This document shows, piece by piece, positions 10,105-20,244 of a DNA stretch of 64,000 nucleotides (within the stretch, counting starts at the first letter, position 1; every line of letters starts with the position of its first letter). The DNA is from Abditibacterium sp. (GTDB lineage Bacteria; Armatimonadota; Abditibacteriia; Abditibacteriales; Abditibacteriaceae), in assembly GCA_965199495.1 (NCBI GenBank), contig CBDASK010000003.1:4064001-4128000 (forward strand), written 5' to 3'. The translations under genes and the position numbers were made by a program. Below the pieces are notes generated by a model. It had not been told where the DNA came from, did not search any database, and saw only the letters and a program-made list of their open reading frames with translations.

Positions 10105-10107
10105 CAG

Positions 10108-10137
10108 ATTTTACGCTATAACTATAAGTGTCGTCAA
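10108..10137 (-). promoter_or_regulatory. Sigma70-like promoter of the blaI-blaR1-like operon
   Basis: Minus strand TTGACG-N18-TAAAAT just upstream of the palindrome. Confidence 0.6.
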
Positions 10138-10220
10138 GTGAGATTAGCAGAAATTATTTCTGTGGTAAAATTTCAGGTGTAGACAGGTTTGTTGTGCGAC
10201 TGTTTTTCACTATTATCTCC

Positions 10221-11561
10221 ATGAAACGAATTTCTCTTCTCTGCGTCGCGATATTTGGTTTGTGCGCCATTGGGCGCGCGCAACCAGCCACGGCGCCCGA
10301 TGTGGTGGCATCCGCAGCGACTCCACAGATTGATGTTCAGGCGCAAACGTTTATCGAGCAGATGGTAGCGCGTTACTCGGCGCTGAAATCGTATTCCGAT
10401 GTGACGCAAATGCGCATGGAAGACACGACGAAAGCCCCGACAAAAGCGGACGGCATGAAACCGATGGATTTTCAGGCGACGCTACAATGGGAGCGGCCCG
10501 CCGACATTCGCTTCGAGGGGCGCGATAGCAGCGGCGCGTTTCTGGCGCTGGGCACGCCCGATATTCTCCGCATTGTTTCGGCGCATCATCCCAATAATTA
10601 CGTCGCGCGCCAACGCAGCAAAATCCAAACGGTGACAGATTCCACTGGCAAGCAAGTGGAAGTTCCGGCCCCACCGATTCGGCTGGCCGAACCGACGTAT
10701 GGCGATCCGATACCGGGCGGCCCGGCGATGGGCTTTATTTTTCAACCAGATTCTTGGTCGCGCATGCAAAAAGATGTGCGCTCGCTGCAATTCGACCCCG
10801 ATGCACAAACCGATGGTGAGGATTGCCGCGTCGTGCGCGCGGATTCTTTGAGCGACGATGGCCACCGTTCCTCCACGCGCCTATTCGTCGCCAAAAGCGA
10901 CGGTTTGCTGCGTCGTGCGGAACTGTGGTTCGATCAATTGCCCGCCAATAATATCATCGTCGAAACGCATTCCGATGTGAAGGTCAATCCCGATTTGCCC
11001 GCTTCGACGTGGGAGTTTGAAGCGCCCGCTAACGAGCAACCGATCGATTATTTCTCGCGTTTGGACGAGCATAAATTCGATGCCGGTTTGAAAATTGGCG
11101 CGCTGTTGCCGACCTTTTCCGCCGAGGCTGTGGACGGTAGTCCGCTCGAACTGAACCCGAAAAGCGGTAAAGTCACCGTCGTCTATTTTTTCAGAATGAG
11201 CATGGGCACGCATGATGTCCAAGTCCTCAACAAAATCTCGCGTCTGGTCGGCCCCGACAAACTGCAAGTCGTCGGCGTTTCGGGCGATGGTTTGCGCCCG
11301 CGCATCGAAGAATTCGCCAAGCACTACAAATTGAATTTTCCGATTTACTTCAATGAAAGCGCTATGGCAAACCAATTAGTGCTAAAGTTCGGCGTCCAGA
11401 AATGGTCGAGCAGCTTTATTTTTGACAAAGACGGCACGCTAAAATTCGTGGATAGCAGCCCTTCATACTCTGATTTTCAGGATCATCTGCGCACGCTCAT
11501 TCCCACTCTGAAAAGCGCCGATTTTATTCCGCAAGGCGACGAAATCATCCAAGCCCAATGA
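10221..11561 (+). CDS. Secreted LolA-like/DUF2092-like domain fused to a TlpA-like redoxin domain lacking CxxC
   Basis: Signal peptide; YSALKSYSD...VKVNPDLPASTWEFEAP; C-terminal LPTFSAEAVDG...GKVTVVYF...LNFPIYF. Confidence 0.75.
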   Translation: MKRISLLCVAIFGLCAIGRAQPATAPDVVASAATPQIDVQAQTFIEQMVARYSALKSYSDVTQMRMEDTTKAPTKADGMKPMDFQATLQWERPADIRFEGRDSSGAFLALGTPDILRIVSAHHPNNYVARQRSKIQTVTDSTGKQVEVPAPPIRLAEPTYGDPIPGGPAMGFIFQPDSWSRMQKDVRSLQFDPDAQTDGEDCRVVRADSLSDDGHRSSTRLFVAKSDGLLRRAELWFDQLPANNIIVETHSDVKVNPDLPASTWEFEAPANEQPIDYFSRLDEHKFDAGLKIGALLPTFSAEAVDGSPLELNPKSGKVTVVYFFRMSMGTHDVQVLNKISRLVGPDKLQVVGVSGDGLRPRIEEFAKHYKLNFPIYFNESAMANQLVLKFGVQKWSSSFIFDKDGTLKFVDSSPSYSDFQDHLRTLIPTLKSADFIPQGDEIIQAQ

Positions 11562-11854
11562 CCATATCATCGCGAATCATTTACGTGGACGTAGACGACA
11601 CCTTCGTTCGGAGCGTTGGCACCAAGCGCATTCCAATGCCCGCGACAATTCGGCATATTCGCGCATTGAAAGAGCAGGGCGCGCAAATGTATTGTTGGAG
11701 TTCGGGCGGCGCCGAATACGCTCAATCGAGCGCGCGTGAGTTTGGGATTGAAGATTGTTTTACCGCGTTTTTGCCCAAGCCGCAAATTTTGATTGATGAT
11801 CAAAATATCGGCGATTGGCGCGATTTGCAGTGGATTCACCCAGCGAGTTGTTGA
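11558..11854 (+). CDS. Small HAD-superfamily hydrolase-like protein
   Basis: IYVDVDDT motif I, WSSGG, and LPKP..LIDD motif. Confidence 0.8.
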   Translation: MTISSRIIYVDVDDTFVRSVGTKRIPMPATIRHIRALKEQGAQMYCWSSGGAEYAQSSAREFGIEDCFTAFLPKPQILIDDQNIGDWRDLQWIHPASC

Positions 11855-11976
11855 GCCGCCGCGATTGAGTTTTGCATGGTAAATTCTCAAATTCGATGGC
11901 TGGACTCTCGATAAAAAAGGCATTCAAATTGCTGAGACCCAGCGCGAAACCTTTTCAAAGGAGAACCAAAACCATC

Positions 11977-12192
11977 ATGGAAGATATTTTAGAAACAATC
12001 GAGAATTTGCCGACCAGCGTTTACTACGGTAGCGTGGCTGGCTCCATCGCGCTTTCGCTGGCCCTGTTTTTCACCGGCAAACGTCAAGAGGCCATCTTCG
12101 TCGGCCTATGGGCGCCCACGATTTTGAATCTGGGCCTTTACAACAAACTGTTGCGTCCCTCCAAAGAGGGCAAAGACACCGATATTCCGTGA
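11977..12192 (+). CDS. Small membrane protein
   Basis: AGGAG SD upstream; two hydrophobic segments (SIALSLALFF; AIFVGLWAPTIL). Confidence 0.75.
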   Translation: MEDILETIENLPTSVYYGSVAGSIALSLALFFTGKRQEAIFVGLWAPTILNLGLYNKLLRPSKEGKDTDIP

Positions 12193-12201
12193 GAGCGGTC
12201 G

Positions 12202-12380
12202 GAAGAAAAATAGCCACAGAGAACACAGAGAACGCACAAAGGGCACAGAGAGAACAAAGAAAATTTCATTTAGAAGAACAAAATAAAAATGTTGCTCTTT
12301 TATATTTAATTTTCTTTGTTCTCTCTGTGCCCTTTGTGCGTTCTCTGCGTTCTCTGCGTTCTCTGTGGCTATTTTTCTTC
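12202..12380. repeat. Long inverted repeat built from CACAGAG/CGCAGAG-like tandem units
   Basis: Arms 12202-12265 and 12308-12380; the right arm overlaps the rsgA stop codon. Confidence 0.85.
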
Positions 12381-13454
12381 TTCTTCAAAGTCAGCGCGCA
12401 AAACCACGCGGCGCCGCCCGTCTTTTTCGTAGACCGAGGGCATCGCGTCCTGCTCCTTCCACAAGCGTTCATACGATTCGTAGCGCGAGGCGGCGATTGT
12501 GCCCGCCGCCGTGGCTGCTTTGATGGCGCAGCCCGGTTCGATGATATGCGTGCAATCGTTGAACTTGCAATCGTTAATTAATGGCACGAATTCGGGGAAA
12601 CACCGGTCTAACGCGACATCTTCGGTTTCCAAGAGCGTCACGGTTTTGACGCCCGGCGTATCGGCGATGTAGCCACCGCGCGGGAGCGGATGGAGCGAAA
12701 CGTCGGTCGTGGTGTGGCGGCCTTTGCCGATGTCCATAACTTCGCCGATCCACAGTTGCAAGCCGGGCTGAACCATCATCACCAGACTCGATTTGCCCAC
12801 GCCCGAACTGCCGATAAACGCCGAAATGTGATCTTTCAAGGCCGCGCGCAACTCTTTGGTGCCGGTGTCCTTGCCCTTTTCCGCGCTCGTCAAAATGACT
12901 TGATAACCCAATTTTTCGTAGAGTTGTTGGTACGGCTCCAACTCTTTTTTCTGTTCGCGCGGCTTCATCAAATCAATTTTGTTGAAGCAAATCACCGCTT
13001 CCAGTTCGTTGGCTTCGGCTAAAACCAAGAATCTGTCCAGACGATGAGGATTAATATCGGGATCGCGCGCCGCCATCACGACGATGACCTGATCCAAATT
13101 CGCCACGGTAATTTGCGCGGTTTTGTTATAGCGCGAGCGGCCCAGCGCTGATGTGCGCGGCAAAACTTCCTCGATGAAACCTTCGCGCAGCAAGCGGCCC
13201 CGCGCGTCGGCGCCCGAAGTTTCGAGGACGCGCACGCTCACGCGGTCGCCGACCGAAACCGGTTGCGAAAAGCGGCGGCGCTCTTTTTTTGGGTTTTTCA
13301 ATCGTCCGCCCAGAGCGCACAAAATCGGCGCGCGGTCGTCGCCTTCGGATGGCACGTCCACTTCGTAAGTGCCGCCGCCCGCGCCCATCACGATGCCTTC
13401 GATCATTTCTGGCGCGTTTTCGATTTCGGTTTGATTATTTTCGGTTGAATCCAT
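12369..13454 (-). CDS. rsgA: Ribosome small subunit-dependent GTPase A
   Basis: NKIDL, GSSGVGKSS, GRHTT, DTPG and Zn finger CKFNDCTHIIEPGCAI. Confidence 0.96.
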   Translation of the reverse strand: MDSTENNQTEIENAPEMIEGIVMGAGGGTYEVDVPSEGDDRAPILCALGGRLKNPKKERRRFSQPVSVGDRVSVRVLETSGADARGRLLREGFIEEVLPRTSALGRSRYNKTAQITVANLDQVIVVMAARDPDINPHRLDRFLVLAEANELEAVICFNKIDLMKPREQKKELEPYQQLYEKLGYQVILTSAEKGKDTGTKELRAALKDHISAFIGSSGVGKSSLVMMVQPGLQLWIGEVMDIGKGRHTTTDVSLHPLPRGGYIADTPGVKTVTLLETEDVALDRCFPEFVPLINDCKFNDCTHIIEPGCAIKAATAAGTIAASRYESYERLWKEQDAMPSVYEKDGRRRVVLRADFEEEEK

Positions 13455-13482
13455 ATTTAAAGTTTGGTTTTATCTGCCAACG

Positions 13483-13562
13483 GAACCCGGAGCGGAAGCG
13501 ACGCGGCTCAAGTATCAATTCTTAGACTAAAACTTGAGCCGCGTCGCTTCCGCTCCGGGTTC
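13483..13562. repeat. Perfect 31-bp inverted repeat (REP-like)
   Basis: GAACCCGGAGCGGAAGCGACGCGGCTCAAGT at 13483-13513 and its reverse complement at 13532-13562. Confidence 0.85.
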
Positions 13563-13684
13563 TGTCCGTGCATTGGAATTTAAAGAACAGTTTGCGCGTT
13601 TTCGTGGGCATTGACCAACGGAGGCACGCGCGCGATTTGATAAAATTTGAGCGGCGCGCGCGTTTTGTCGTCCGCGCTGTTCTC

Positions 13685-15409
13685 ATGCGTTTTCTCCGCC
13701 GTCCGTCTCGTCGTCCCCTCATTCTTTCGTCCGTGGCTCTGTGCGTTGTCGCGGGCGGCGTTTGGTTCCAAATCGCGCGCCGCGCCGATGCCCAACTCGG
13801 AGGCCCAATTATGGGTTCACTGGGCGGCCCGGTTTTCACGCCTTCGCAAACCGCCCAAAACGCAGTGACACCAACAGCCACGCCGCGTTCGTCGCCGCCC
13901 GCCATCGTGCCGCAACCCACCGTTGCTCCCACCATAAACGTCGTCGCGCGTCAGACTCCGCGCGCGCCATCGTTGCCCGCGCCACCGCCGATTCCAGCCG
14001 CGCAACTGGTGCGCGTCGGCCTGTCAACCGAGCGCGGGACGTTATCAATTTGGAGCGCCAACGGTTTGATTTTGCGCGATTTGCGTCAGCCCGCGCGCGC
14101 GTTGCGCAGCGCGCCCGGCGAAATCGTCAAGTTCGAGCAGGGGGCGCCAGTCAACGCTAAAAGCGGCGTAATGGTATTTCGCGGCACAATTTCCCTCGAC
14201 ATTAACGGGCGCAAATCTACGGCGTGGCAATACGTTTCAGTTGCCGTGCCGGGTGACGAACCCGCGCGCGTGACGAGCAACGGCAACAGCGCGCGTTATG
14301 GTCGGCCCTATCGCGGTGGCTTCGAGGTTTTTCCTCAGCAGTTGGCCGAGCCAGATCACCGCAAAAACGCGCTTTCTCTGGTGAATACGGTGAATATGGA
14401 GGATTATCTCAAGGGCGTCGTGCCGTGGGAAATGGACGGGACTTCGCCGCTCGAAGCTCTGAAGGCGCAGGCGATGTGCGCGCGCAGCGAGACGATGAAT
14501 TTTAAGACGACGAAAAGGTTCGCGGCGGGCAAATTCGACATCTGCGATTACGACGCCTGTCAGGGCTATCCCGGAACCGAAAACGAAAAACCGATGACTT
14601 CGCGCGCCGTCGAGGAAACGAGCGGATTGGCTTTATATAGCGGCGGGCGCATCGCCGATGCGGTCTATTCGACTAATTCGGGTGGTATTTCGGCCAACGC
14701 CAACGATGTCTGGAAAAACTCCGACGATACCTCCTATCTTCAAAGCGTGCGCGATTTCGCGCCCAATTCGCCGCTCGCCAAAATCGTCAAACCCAACATG
14801 AGCGAAAACGATTGGCGCGCTTATTGTTCGCAATCTTGGCCGTCGTTCGCGCGCCCTTCGGACGAAGATCGCGCCAATCTGGCACGCCGCCGCGCCAGCA
14901 ACGCGCGCGTGGCTGCTCTTTACGGCCCCGACGACGAACCGGAATTTTATCGTTGGAAACGCTTTATTTCGACCGACGACGCGCTATTGTCGTTCGGCGT
15001 CAAAGGCTTCGCGCAAGTCACCGGATTTGAAGTCGCGCAGCGCGCCGGGTCGGGTCACATCCGCCAGTTGCGCATCGTCGGCTACGCCAAGCCAACGCCG
15101 GGCGCGACGGTTGTGCCGGGCAAAGAAAGCGCGCCGATGTCGGCGACTTTGGTCGGCGACAGCGCCATCCGCGCGATGTTTTCGGGCCGCATGGGTTCGA
15201 CGACGGCGTTGCCCAGTTCGACGTTTGTCGTTGACCCCAAAGTGGACGAAAGCGGCAAATTGTTGGGCTGGCAATTTACCGGCGCCGGTTGGGGACACGG
15301 CGTGGGAATGTGCCAACGCGGCGCACAAAACCACGCATTGGCCGGTTGGAACGCGCGCCAAATTATCAATTGGTATTATCAGGGCGTGCAGATTCGTAAG
15401 TTGTATTAA
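13685..15409 (+). CDS. SpoIID/LytB-domain peptidoglycan lytic transglycosylase
   Basis: VNMEDYLKGVVPWEM...EALKAQAMCARS, CQGY, GWGHGVGMCQRGA; N-terminal TM. Start uncertain. Confidence 0.9.
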   Translation: MRFLRRPSRRPLILSSVALCVVAGGVWFQIARRADAQLGGPIMGSLGGPVFTPSQTAQNAVTPTATPRSSPPAIVPQPTVAPTINVVARQTPRAPSLPAPPPIPAAQLVRVGLSTERGTLSIWSANGLILRDLRQPARALRSAPGEIVKFEQGAPVNAKSGVMVFRGTISLDINGRKSTAWQYVSVAVPGDEPARVTSNGNSARYGRPYRGGFEVFPQQLAEPDHRKNALSLVNTVNMEDYLKGVVPWEMDGTSPLEALKAQAMCARSETMNFKTTKRFAAGKFDICDYDACQGYPGTENEKPMTSRAVEETSGLALYSGGRIADAVYSTNSGGISANANDVWKNSDDTSYLQSVRDFAPNSPLAKIVKPNMSENDWRAYCSQSWPSFARPSDEDRANLARRRASNARVAALYGPDDEPEFYRWKRFISTDDALLSFGVKGFAQVTGFEVAQRAGSGHIRQLRIVGYAKPTPGATVVPGKESAPMSATLVGDSAIRAMFSGRMGSTTALPSSTFVVDPKVDESGKLLGWQFTGAGWGHGVGMCQRGAQNHALAGWNARQIINWYYQGVQIRKLY

Positions 15410-15413
15410 ACAT

Positions 15414-15842
15414 ATGAAACAAACTTTTGAATACGACGAAAATCTGTGGTTCACAATCGGCGATTGCTGCGAAGGCAAGCATTATTTGATTTATAATCCG
15501 CACACTTTTCCCGGTCGTATGGGCGCTTGGTGTCCGCTTAAAAAAACCAATTTTTGCGTTTCCAAAGCGGAAATCAAAGAGATGTCGCCCGAAGCAAATT
15601 ACTGGATCAAAGGCTTTTTAGTGGGCAACGAACCAGACGCGCCAATGGACAAAAATCACGACGATTATTTGCCCAAAGATCATCCGAAGCATCAACATTG
15701 GCGCGCTGAAATCGAGCGATTCCCAGAAACCGGATATTGGAATTTTTTCAAATACTTCTGCGAAAAATGTGGCGCCGAGGCATCGCTCACTCAAGACGGA
15801 ATCAAGTGTTTTAAATGTGGCGAACTGCACGACGAAGAATGA
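15414..15842 (+). CDS. Hypothetical protein with C-terminal CxxC..CxxC Zn ribbon
   Basis: ATG 4 nt after the upstream stop; CEKC and CFKC; more AT-rich than its neighbours. Confidence 0.7.
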   Translation: MKQTFEYDENLWFTIGDCCEGKHYLIYNPHTFPGRMGAWCPLKKTNFCVSKAEIKEMSPEANYWIKGFLVGNEPDAPMDKNHDDYLPKDHPKHQHWRAEIERFPETGYWNFFKYFCEKCGAEASLTQDGIKCFKCGELHDEE

Positions 15843-15846
15843 ATCC

Positions 15847-17019
15847 ATGTCCCTTCAAGGCCAACTCCAAACCGAATTCGGCGATGCGCTCGAATTTCTC
15901 GCGTCCGATAACGCCTACATTGACAACGTAGAACCACAAACATTCGTCGCGCCGCGCGATGAAGACGCGGCGCGCGCGTTGATGCAATTTTGCGGGCGCG
16001 AAAAGTTGGCGTTAATCGCCATCGGCAACGCCACCAAAACCGAAATCGGCGCGCCGCCGACGCGTTTCGATGTGGCGATTTCGACGCGATATCTGAACCA
16101 AATCTTCGATCACGACGCGGGCAATGCCACCATCGAAGCGGGCGCGGGCGTTTCGCTGGGCGCGTTAAATTCCGCTGTTGGGAGCGCCAGACAATTCGTG
16201 CCGCTCGACGATGACGGCGGCACTTTGGGCGGTGTTGTCGCGTGCAACGCGTTTGGCCCGTCGAAATTGAAATGGGGCGCGCCACGCGATTTGGTTGTCG
16301 GCCTGCACGCGATGCTCAGCGATGGTCGGCACGTCAAAGGCGGCGCGAAAGTCGTGAAAAATGTGGCTGGATATGATTTGCCGAAATTGTTCGTCGGCTC
16401 GTTTGGCAGTCTCGGTTTGATCTCGCGCGTCACGATTCGCTTGCGCGCCCGCGATGCAGCCACGGCGACTTGGTGCGAACATTTTGCTTCGTTGGAAGAT
16501 TTGGAAAAGCGCGCCGATGAAATTCTTAACGGCGCGTTCGAGCCGACGATTTTGCGCGCGACCTGGAACGGCGAAAGTTGGCAGTTGCACGCCAAATTCG
16601 ATGGCGGGCAGGGCGCCGTGGCTGCTCAGTTGGAGCGTTTGCCCGCAACCGCCGATTTCGATGATTCAGCCGCGATTCAATCGAACTGGCAACTGCGCGC
16701 GCAACTGCCGATAACGCGCACCACAAATTGGCTTTGCGCCGCGCGCAATGATGGCGCGACGGCGTTCGATTGGGACGCCGGATTGGGCATCGCGCGCGCG
16801 AGTTTCGGCGATTGTTCGCCGCAAATCATCGCGCGCTTGCGCAGTTTGTGCGGCGAAAGTGGCGGATGGCTACGCGTAGAAAAGGCGCCGCTCGCACAAA
16901 AAACGCCCGATTTAATCTGGGGCGCGCCACGCGCCGACGCGCCGTTGATGCGCGGTTTGAAAGCGGCTTACGATGCGGCGAATGTGTGCGCGCCGGGGCG
17001 ATTCGTTGGCGGAATGTAA
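15847..17019 (+). CDS. FAD-binding oxidoreductase, GlcE-like (glycolate oxidase FAD subunit family)
   Basis: GAKVVKNVAGYDLPKLFVGSFGSLG; C-terminal LKAAYD....APGRF. Confidence 0.88.
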   Translation: MSLQGQLQTEFGDALEFLASDNAYIDNVEPQTFVAPRDEDAARALMQFCGREKLALIAIGNATKTEIGAPPTRFDVAISTRYLNQIFDHDAGNATIEAGAGVSLGALNSAVGSARQFVPLDDDGGTLGGVVACNAFGPSKLKWGAPRDLVVGLHAMLSDGRHVKGGAKVVKNVAGYDLPKLFVGSFGSLGLISRVTIRLRARDAATATWCEHFASLEDLEKRADEILNGAFEPTILRATWNGESWQLHAKFDGGQGAVAAQLERLPATADFDDSAAIQSNWQLRAQLPITRTTNWLCAARNDGATAFDWDAGLGIARASFGDCSPQIIARLRSLCGESGGWLRVEKAPLAQKTPDLIWGAPRADAPLMRGLKAAYDAANVCAPGRFVGGM

Positions 17020-17040
17020 ATGTTCCAAGACTCAATGTCA

Positions 17041-17148
17041 CGCAGAGAACGCAGGGCCGCAGTGAAGAAAAGAGACCGTGAAAAATGGGAAATTTGAACA
17101 CCAATTCTTTCATCTCTTCTTCCTCTTTGCGTCACCGCGTTCTCTGCG
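17041..17148. repeat. Degenerate CGCAGAG-type inverted repeat
   Basis: CGCAGAGAACGCAG...AAGAGA / TCTCTT...GCGTTCTCTGCG. Confidence 0.65.
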
Positions 17149-17248
17149 CGCCAATTGAATCAGCAACACATGCGCAGTTTTAGCTGTTTGCTCCGTTTCC
17201 CAATTCCCCGCAAGCGTGCCGCGAACACAATCGTAAACTCAAATTTCC

Positions 17249-17866
17249 ATGATCCATTCTCGTCCTTCGTTGGGACAAATTGTCGGCGGCATCGCGCTGT
17301 GCGAAACCGTCGGTTTAGTCGCCGGAGTTATTACCGCGTCATCGGTCAACAGTTGGTATAAGACGCTCATCCTGCCGCCGATTGCGCCGCCGAACTGGAT
17401 TTTTGCGCCCGTCTGGACGATTCTCTATGCGATGATGGGCGTGGCGCTGGCCTATTTGTGGGCCGCGCCGCCCCATGCCGTCGGGCGCGTTTGGGCGCTG
17501 CGTTGGTTTTGGATTCAACTGGCGCTCAACTTCGCGTGGAGCGCAGTCTTTTTCGGTCTGCGCGCGCCCGCCGCCGGTTACGCCGTCATTTTCTGTTTGT
17601 GGTTTGCCATCGCCGCGCTAATGTGGACGGGAGCGCGCGCCGCCAAACCACTTGGCTGGCTGTTATTGCCCTATTTATTGTGGGTTACGTTCGCGTCGTC
17701 GCTCAATTTTGGTATTTTGTCGCTCAATGTGCTCAAAGAAAAAGTCGAAGTCATGGACGCCGACCCGGCTAACGCCAATTCGCCGTTGTCGGATCAGGGC
17801 ATTCGCGAAAAAAATCAGCGAAAGCAAGACGAAGCTAAACGTCTACAACGCGAAATGAAACAATAA
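17249..17866 (+). CDS. tspO: TspO/MBR-family tryptophan-rich sensory protein
   Basis: WY..L..P..APPNWIFAPVWTILY, QLALNFAWS, LLPYLLWVTFASSLN. Confidence 0.92.
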   Translation: MIHSRPSLGQIVGGIALCETVGLVAGVITASSVNSWYKTLILPPIAPPNWIFAPVWTILYAMMGVALAYLWAAPPHAVGRVWALRWFWIQLALNFAWSAVFFGLRAPAAGYAVIFCLWFAIAALMWTGARAAKPLGWLLLPYLLWVTFASSLNFGILSLNVLKEKVEVMDADPANANSPLSDQGIREKNQRKQDEAKRLQREMKQ

Positions 17867-17935
17867 AGTGAAATGTAAAGATTTTGGCGGTAAATTTCGC
17901 ATTTTAGCGATCAAACCAAATAAAATTTAATATAG

Positions 17936-18526
17936 ATGATTCCCAAATATATTTTTATCGCCTTGGTTTCTGCTCTTGCTGGCATGCCGATAGGTTGTGT
18001 TTCTTCAAAAAATCCAACGGATTCAACAACAAGTGGAAATGCAATGGCGAAAAATGCGCCATGGAAGAAATTTTCGCATCAAGGGGGCAAATTCTCTTTA
18101 TTGATGCCGGGCATTCCGACTGAAACTATATCTACCACCGACACAGTTTTGGGGCCGTTGGAAAGTCATGATTTTCTGCTTAAAGCAGTTCAAGGAAATT
18201 ATAAAGCAGGTTACTTAATCTCCTATTCTGACTATAACAAAGAAAAAAGAGGCATTCTTTCTGATATGGAAATCTTAGAGCACATAATGCAATCTATAAA
18301 AGAGAATAATAAAAACAGATGGCTTTACGATAAGAAAATAAATTTGGGAAAATATAAAGGAATAGAAATCCAACATATTGGCAAGGTGCAGAAAGAGTAT
18401 ATTATTACAGAACGTCATTATCTGATAGATAATCGTCTGTTAACGACAACTGCTGTTATGCCAAAAAAGCAATATGATAGAGGAGACGCGATGAAATATT
18501 TGAATTCGCTGAAATTAACCCGTTAG
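17936..18526 (+). CDS. AT-rich hypothetical lipoprotein
   Basis: Lipobox-like PIGC; WKKFS..GGKFSLLMPG; strongly AT-rich codons. Confidence 0.75.
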   Translation: MIPKYIFIALVSALAGMPIGCVSSKNPTDSTTSGNAMAKNAPWKKFSHQGGKFSLLMPGIPTETISTTDTVLGPLESHDFLLKAVQGNYKAGYLISYSDYNKEKRGILSDMEILEHIMQSIKENNKNRWLYDKKINLGKYKGIEIQHIGKVQKEYIITERHYLIDNRLLTTTAVMPKKQYDRGDAMKYLNSLKLTR

Positions 18527-20203
18527 CTTTCTCACCGCGTCCAGCGTGTCAATTTCTTCGACCGGTTTATCGTCACGCTGCCGTAAAATGCGCGGGAATC
18601 GCAAAGCATAACCGCTTTTATGGCGCGGCGACGGCTGCACTTTGTCGAAGGTAATTTCTAAAACGATTTTCGGCTCGACCGTGCGCACGCGTCCGTGCGC
18701 GAAAGTTTGAATCGTATGCGCGACAAACCATTCGGATAATTCGGTGATTTCGGCGTCGGTCAAACCTGAATAGGCTTTGCCGACGTTTAAAAGCGTCGGG
18801 TCGTCGGCTGATGCGCGCACGGCGAAGGTGTAATCCGAATAGAATTTCGAGCGTCGCCCGCTGCCGGATTCAACCGATGTGACGACGACATCGAGCGTGT
18901 CAGTCGCCTTTTTGACCTTGAGCCACTGGCGCCCGCGCTTGCCCGGTTTGTAATCGGAAGTCGGGTCTTTGATCATCAAACCTTCGTTGCCACGCGCGCG
19001 CGCCGCATCGAATTCGGCGTCTATATTCCCGATATTATCGAACAATTGCGAAGCCGCCAAACGCGTTACGGCGCCATCGAAATTCAACTTTTCCAAAATC
19101 GCGCGACGCTGTTCCAACGGCAATTCGAGTTCGTTTTGTCCCGCGAACAAAACATCGTAAGCCACGAACGCGAGCGGCGTGGCTGCTATCACGTCGGCGC
19201 TCGGCTTCTTGCGATTCAAACGCGTTTGCAGCGATTGAAACGGTGCGATTTCTCCGCTTTCGCCCAAAGGCACGATTTCACCATCCAAAACCAAACCCGC
19301 TTCGTTATTCAAAATCGCCGCGAGGGGCGCGCCTAAATCGGGAAAAGCGCCGGTAATTTCGTTGAGCGCGCGCGAAAACAGCGCGACGCGCGCGGCACCA
19401 TAGTTTTCGCCGTGTAATGCTTCGTCGTGCGCGCGGTGCGGCGCGATATGAACTTGCGCGCGGATTCCATCGAATTTATCTTCGACGCGAAACGGCGTCG
19501 GCATCGTTTTCTCGATGTCTTCGTTATCTTTGGCGGGTGTCGCCAACATAAACTTGAGCGGGTGAAACAGCTCGAAAACTGCTTCGTCCAAACGATTATG
19601 CCGCGCCAAAACCGCGACTTCGCCCAAATCGCCCGACAACATATTGGCGCGCTGCACACGCGCCAATTCGACTTGAAACAAACGCGCTAAAGCGTCTTCG
19701 ACCGCGCTTTCTTTGAGGCCGATGCGCAAATCGCCGCTCAACATTTTGGCGAAATACTTCGCTTCCAACGCCGTCGCGCGCTTCAAGGTTTGCGCGACCA
19801 ATTCCGCTTTGGCCTTGCTACCGCGCGTCGCTGCCAATTGCGCCAACGCGCTTTCGATTTCCGATAAATTCAACGTGGTTTGTGTCGGCGCGTCGGGCCA
19901 AACTTCCCACGTCTCGAACGCGGTCTCGCCCGGATCGCCGGTTTTCACTAATCGCTGCGCGAGCCAATTGGCGTCGGCGCCACTGACTTGTTGCGTTACG
20001 CTGGACAAAGCCGCGCCGCCGATATTGACAACGCGATTCTCGCGCAGCGGAAACGGCGTGCCACCAAAATAAAGCGCGGCGCGGCGCAAATCGTCGTCGG
20101 GCAATTGGGCGAAGTATTCGCCGAGTATTTTGGCTTTTTCGAGGCGCGATTGGGTGGCGCCGATAGCTTCGGCGGTCTGACAAAACGAAATAAACGCGGA
20201 CAT
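18515..20203 (-). CDS. ATP-dependent DNA ligase
   Basis: EDKFDGIRAQ (motif I), LDGEIV, EGLMIK, WLKVK, LRFPRI. Confidence 0.95.
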   Translation of the reverse strand: MSAFISFCQTAEAIGATQSRLEKAKILGEYFAQLPDDDLRRAALYFGGTPFPLRENRVVNIGGAALSSVTQQVSGADANWLAQRLVKTGDPGETAFETWEVWPDAPTQTTLNLSEIESALAQLAATRGSKAKAELVAQTLKRATALEAKYFAKMLSGDLRIGLKESAVEDALARLFQVELARVQRANMLSGDLGEVAVLARHNRLDEAVFELFHPLKFMLATPAKDNEDIEKTMPTPFRVEDKFDGIRAQVHIAPHRAHDEALHGENYGAARVALFSRALNEITGAFPDLGAPLAAILNNEAGLVLDGEIVPLGESGEIAPFQSLQTRLNRKKPSADVIAATPLAFVAYDVLFAGQNELELPLEQRRAILEKLNFDGAVTRLAASQLFDNIGNIDAEFDAARARGNEGLMIKDPTSDYKPGKRGRQWLKVKKATDTLDVVVTSVESGSGRRSKFYSDYTFAVRASADDPTLLNVGKAYSGLTDAEITELSEWFVAHTIQTFAHGRVRTVEPKIVLEITFDKVQPSPRHKSGYALRFPRILRQRDDKPVEEIDTLDAVRKLTG

Positions 20204-20244
20204 TTGAGAGCGCGGATATGCGTTTTAAATGCCGCTTTTAAATA

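Noticed and set aside
12202..12380. Possible CRISPR array or tandem-repeat gene
   Set aside because: The units are short and arranged as an inverted pair; no regular repeat-spacer periodicity anywhere in the window.
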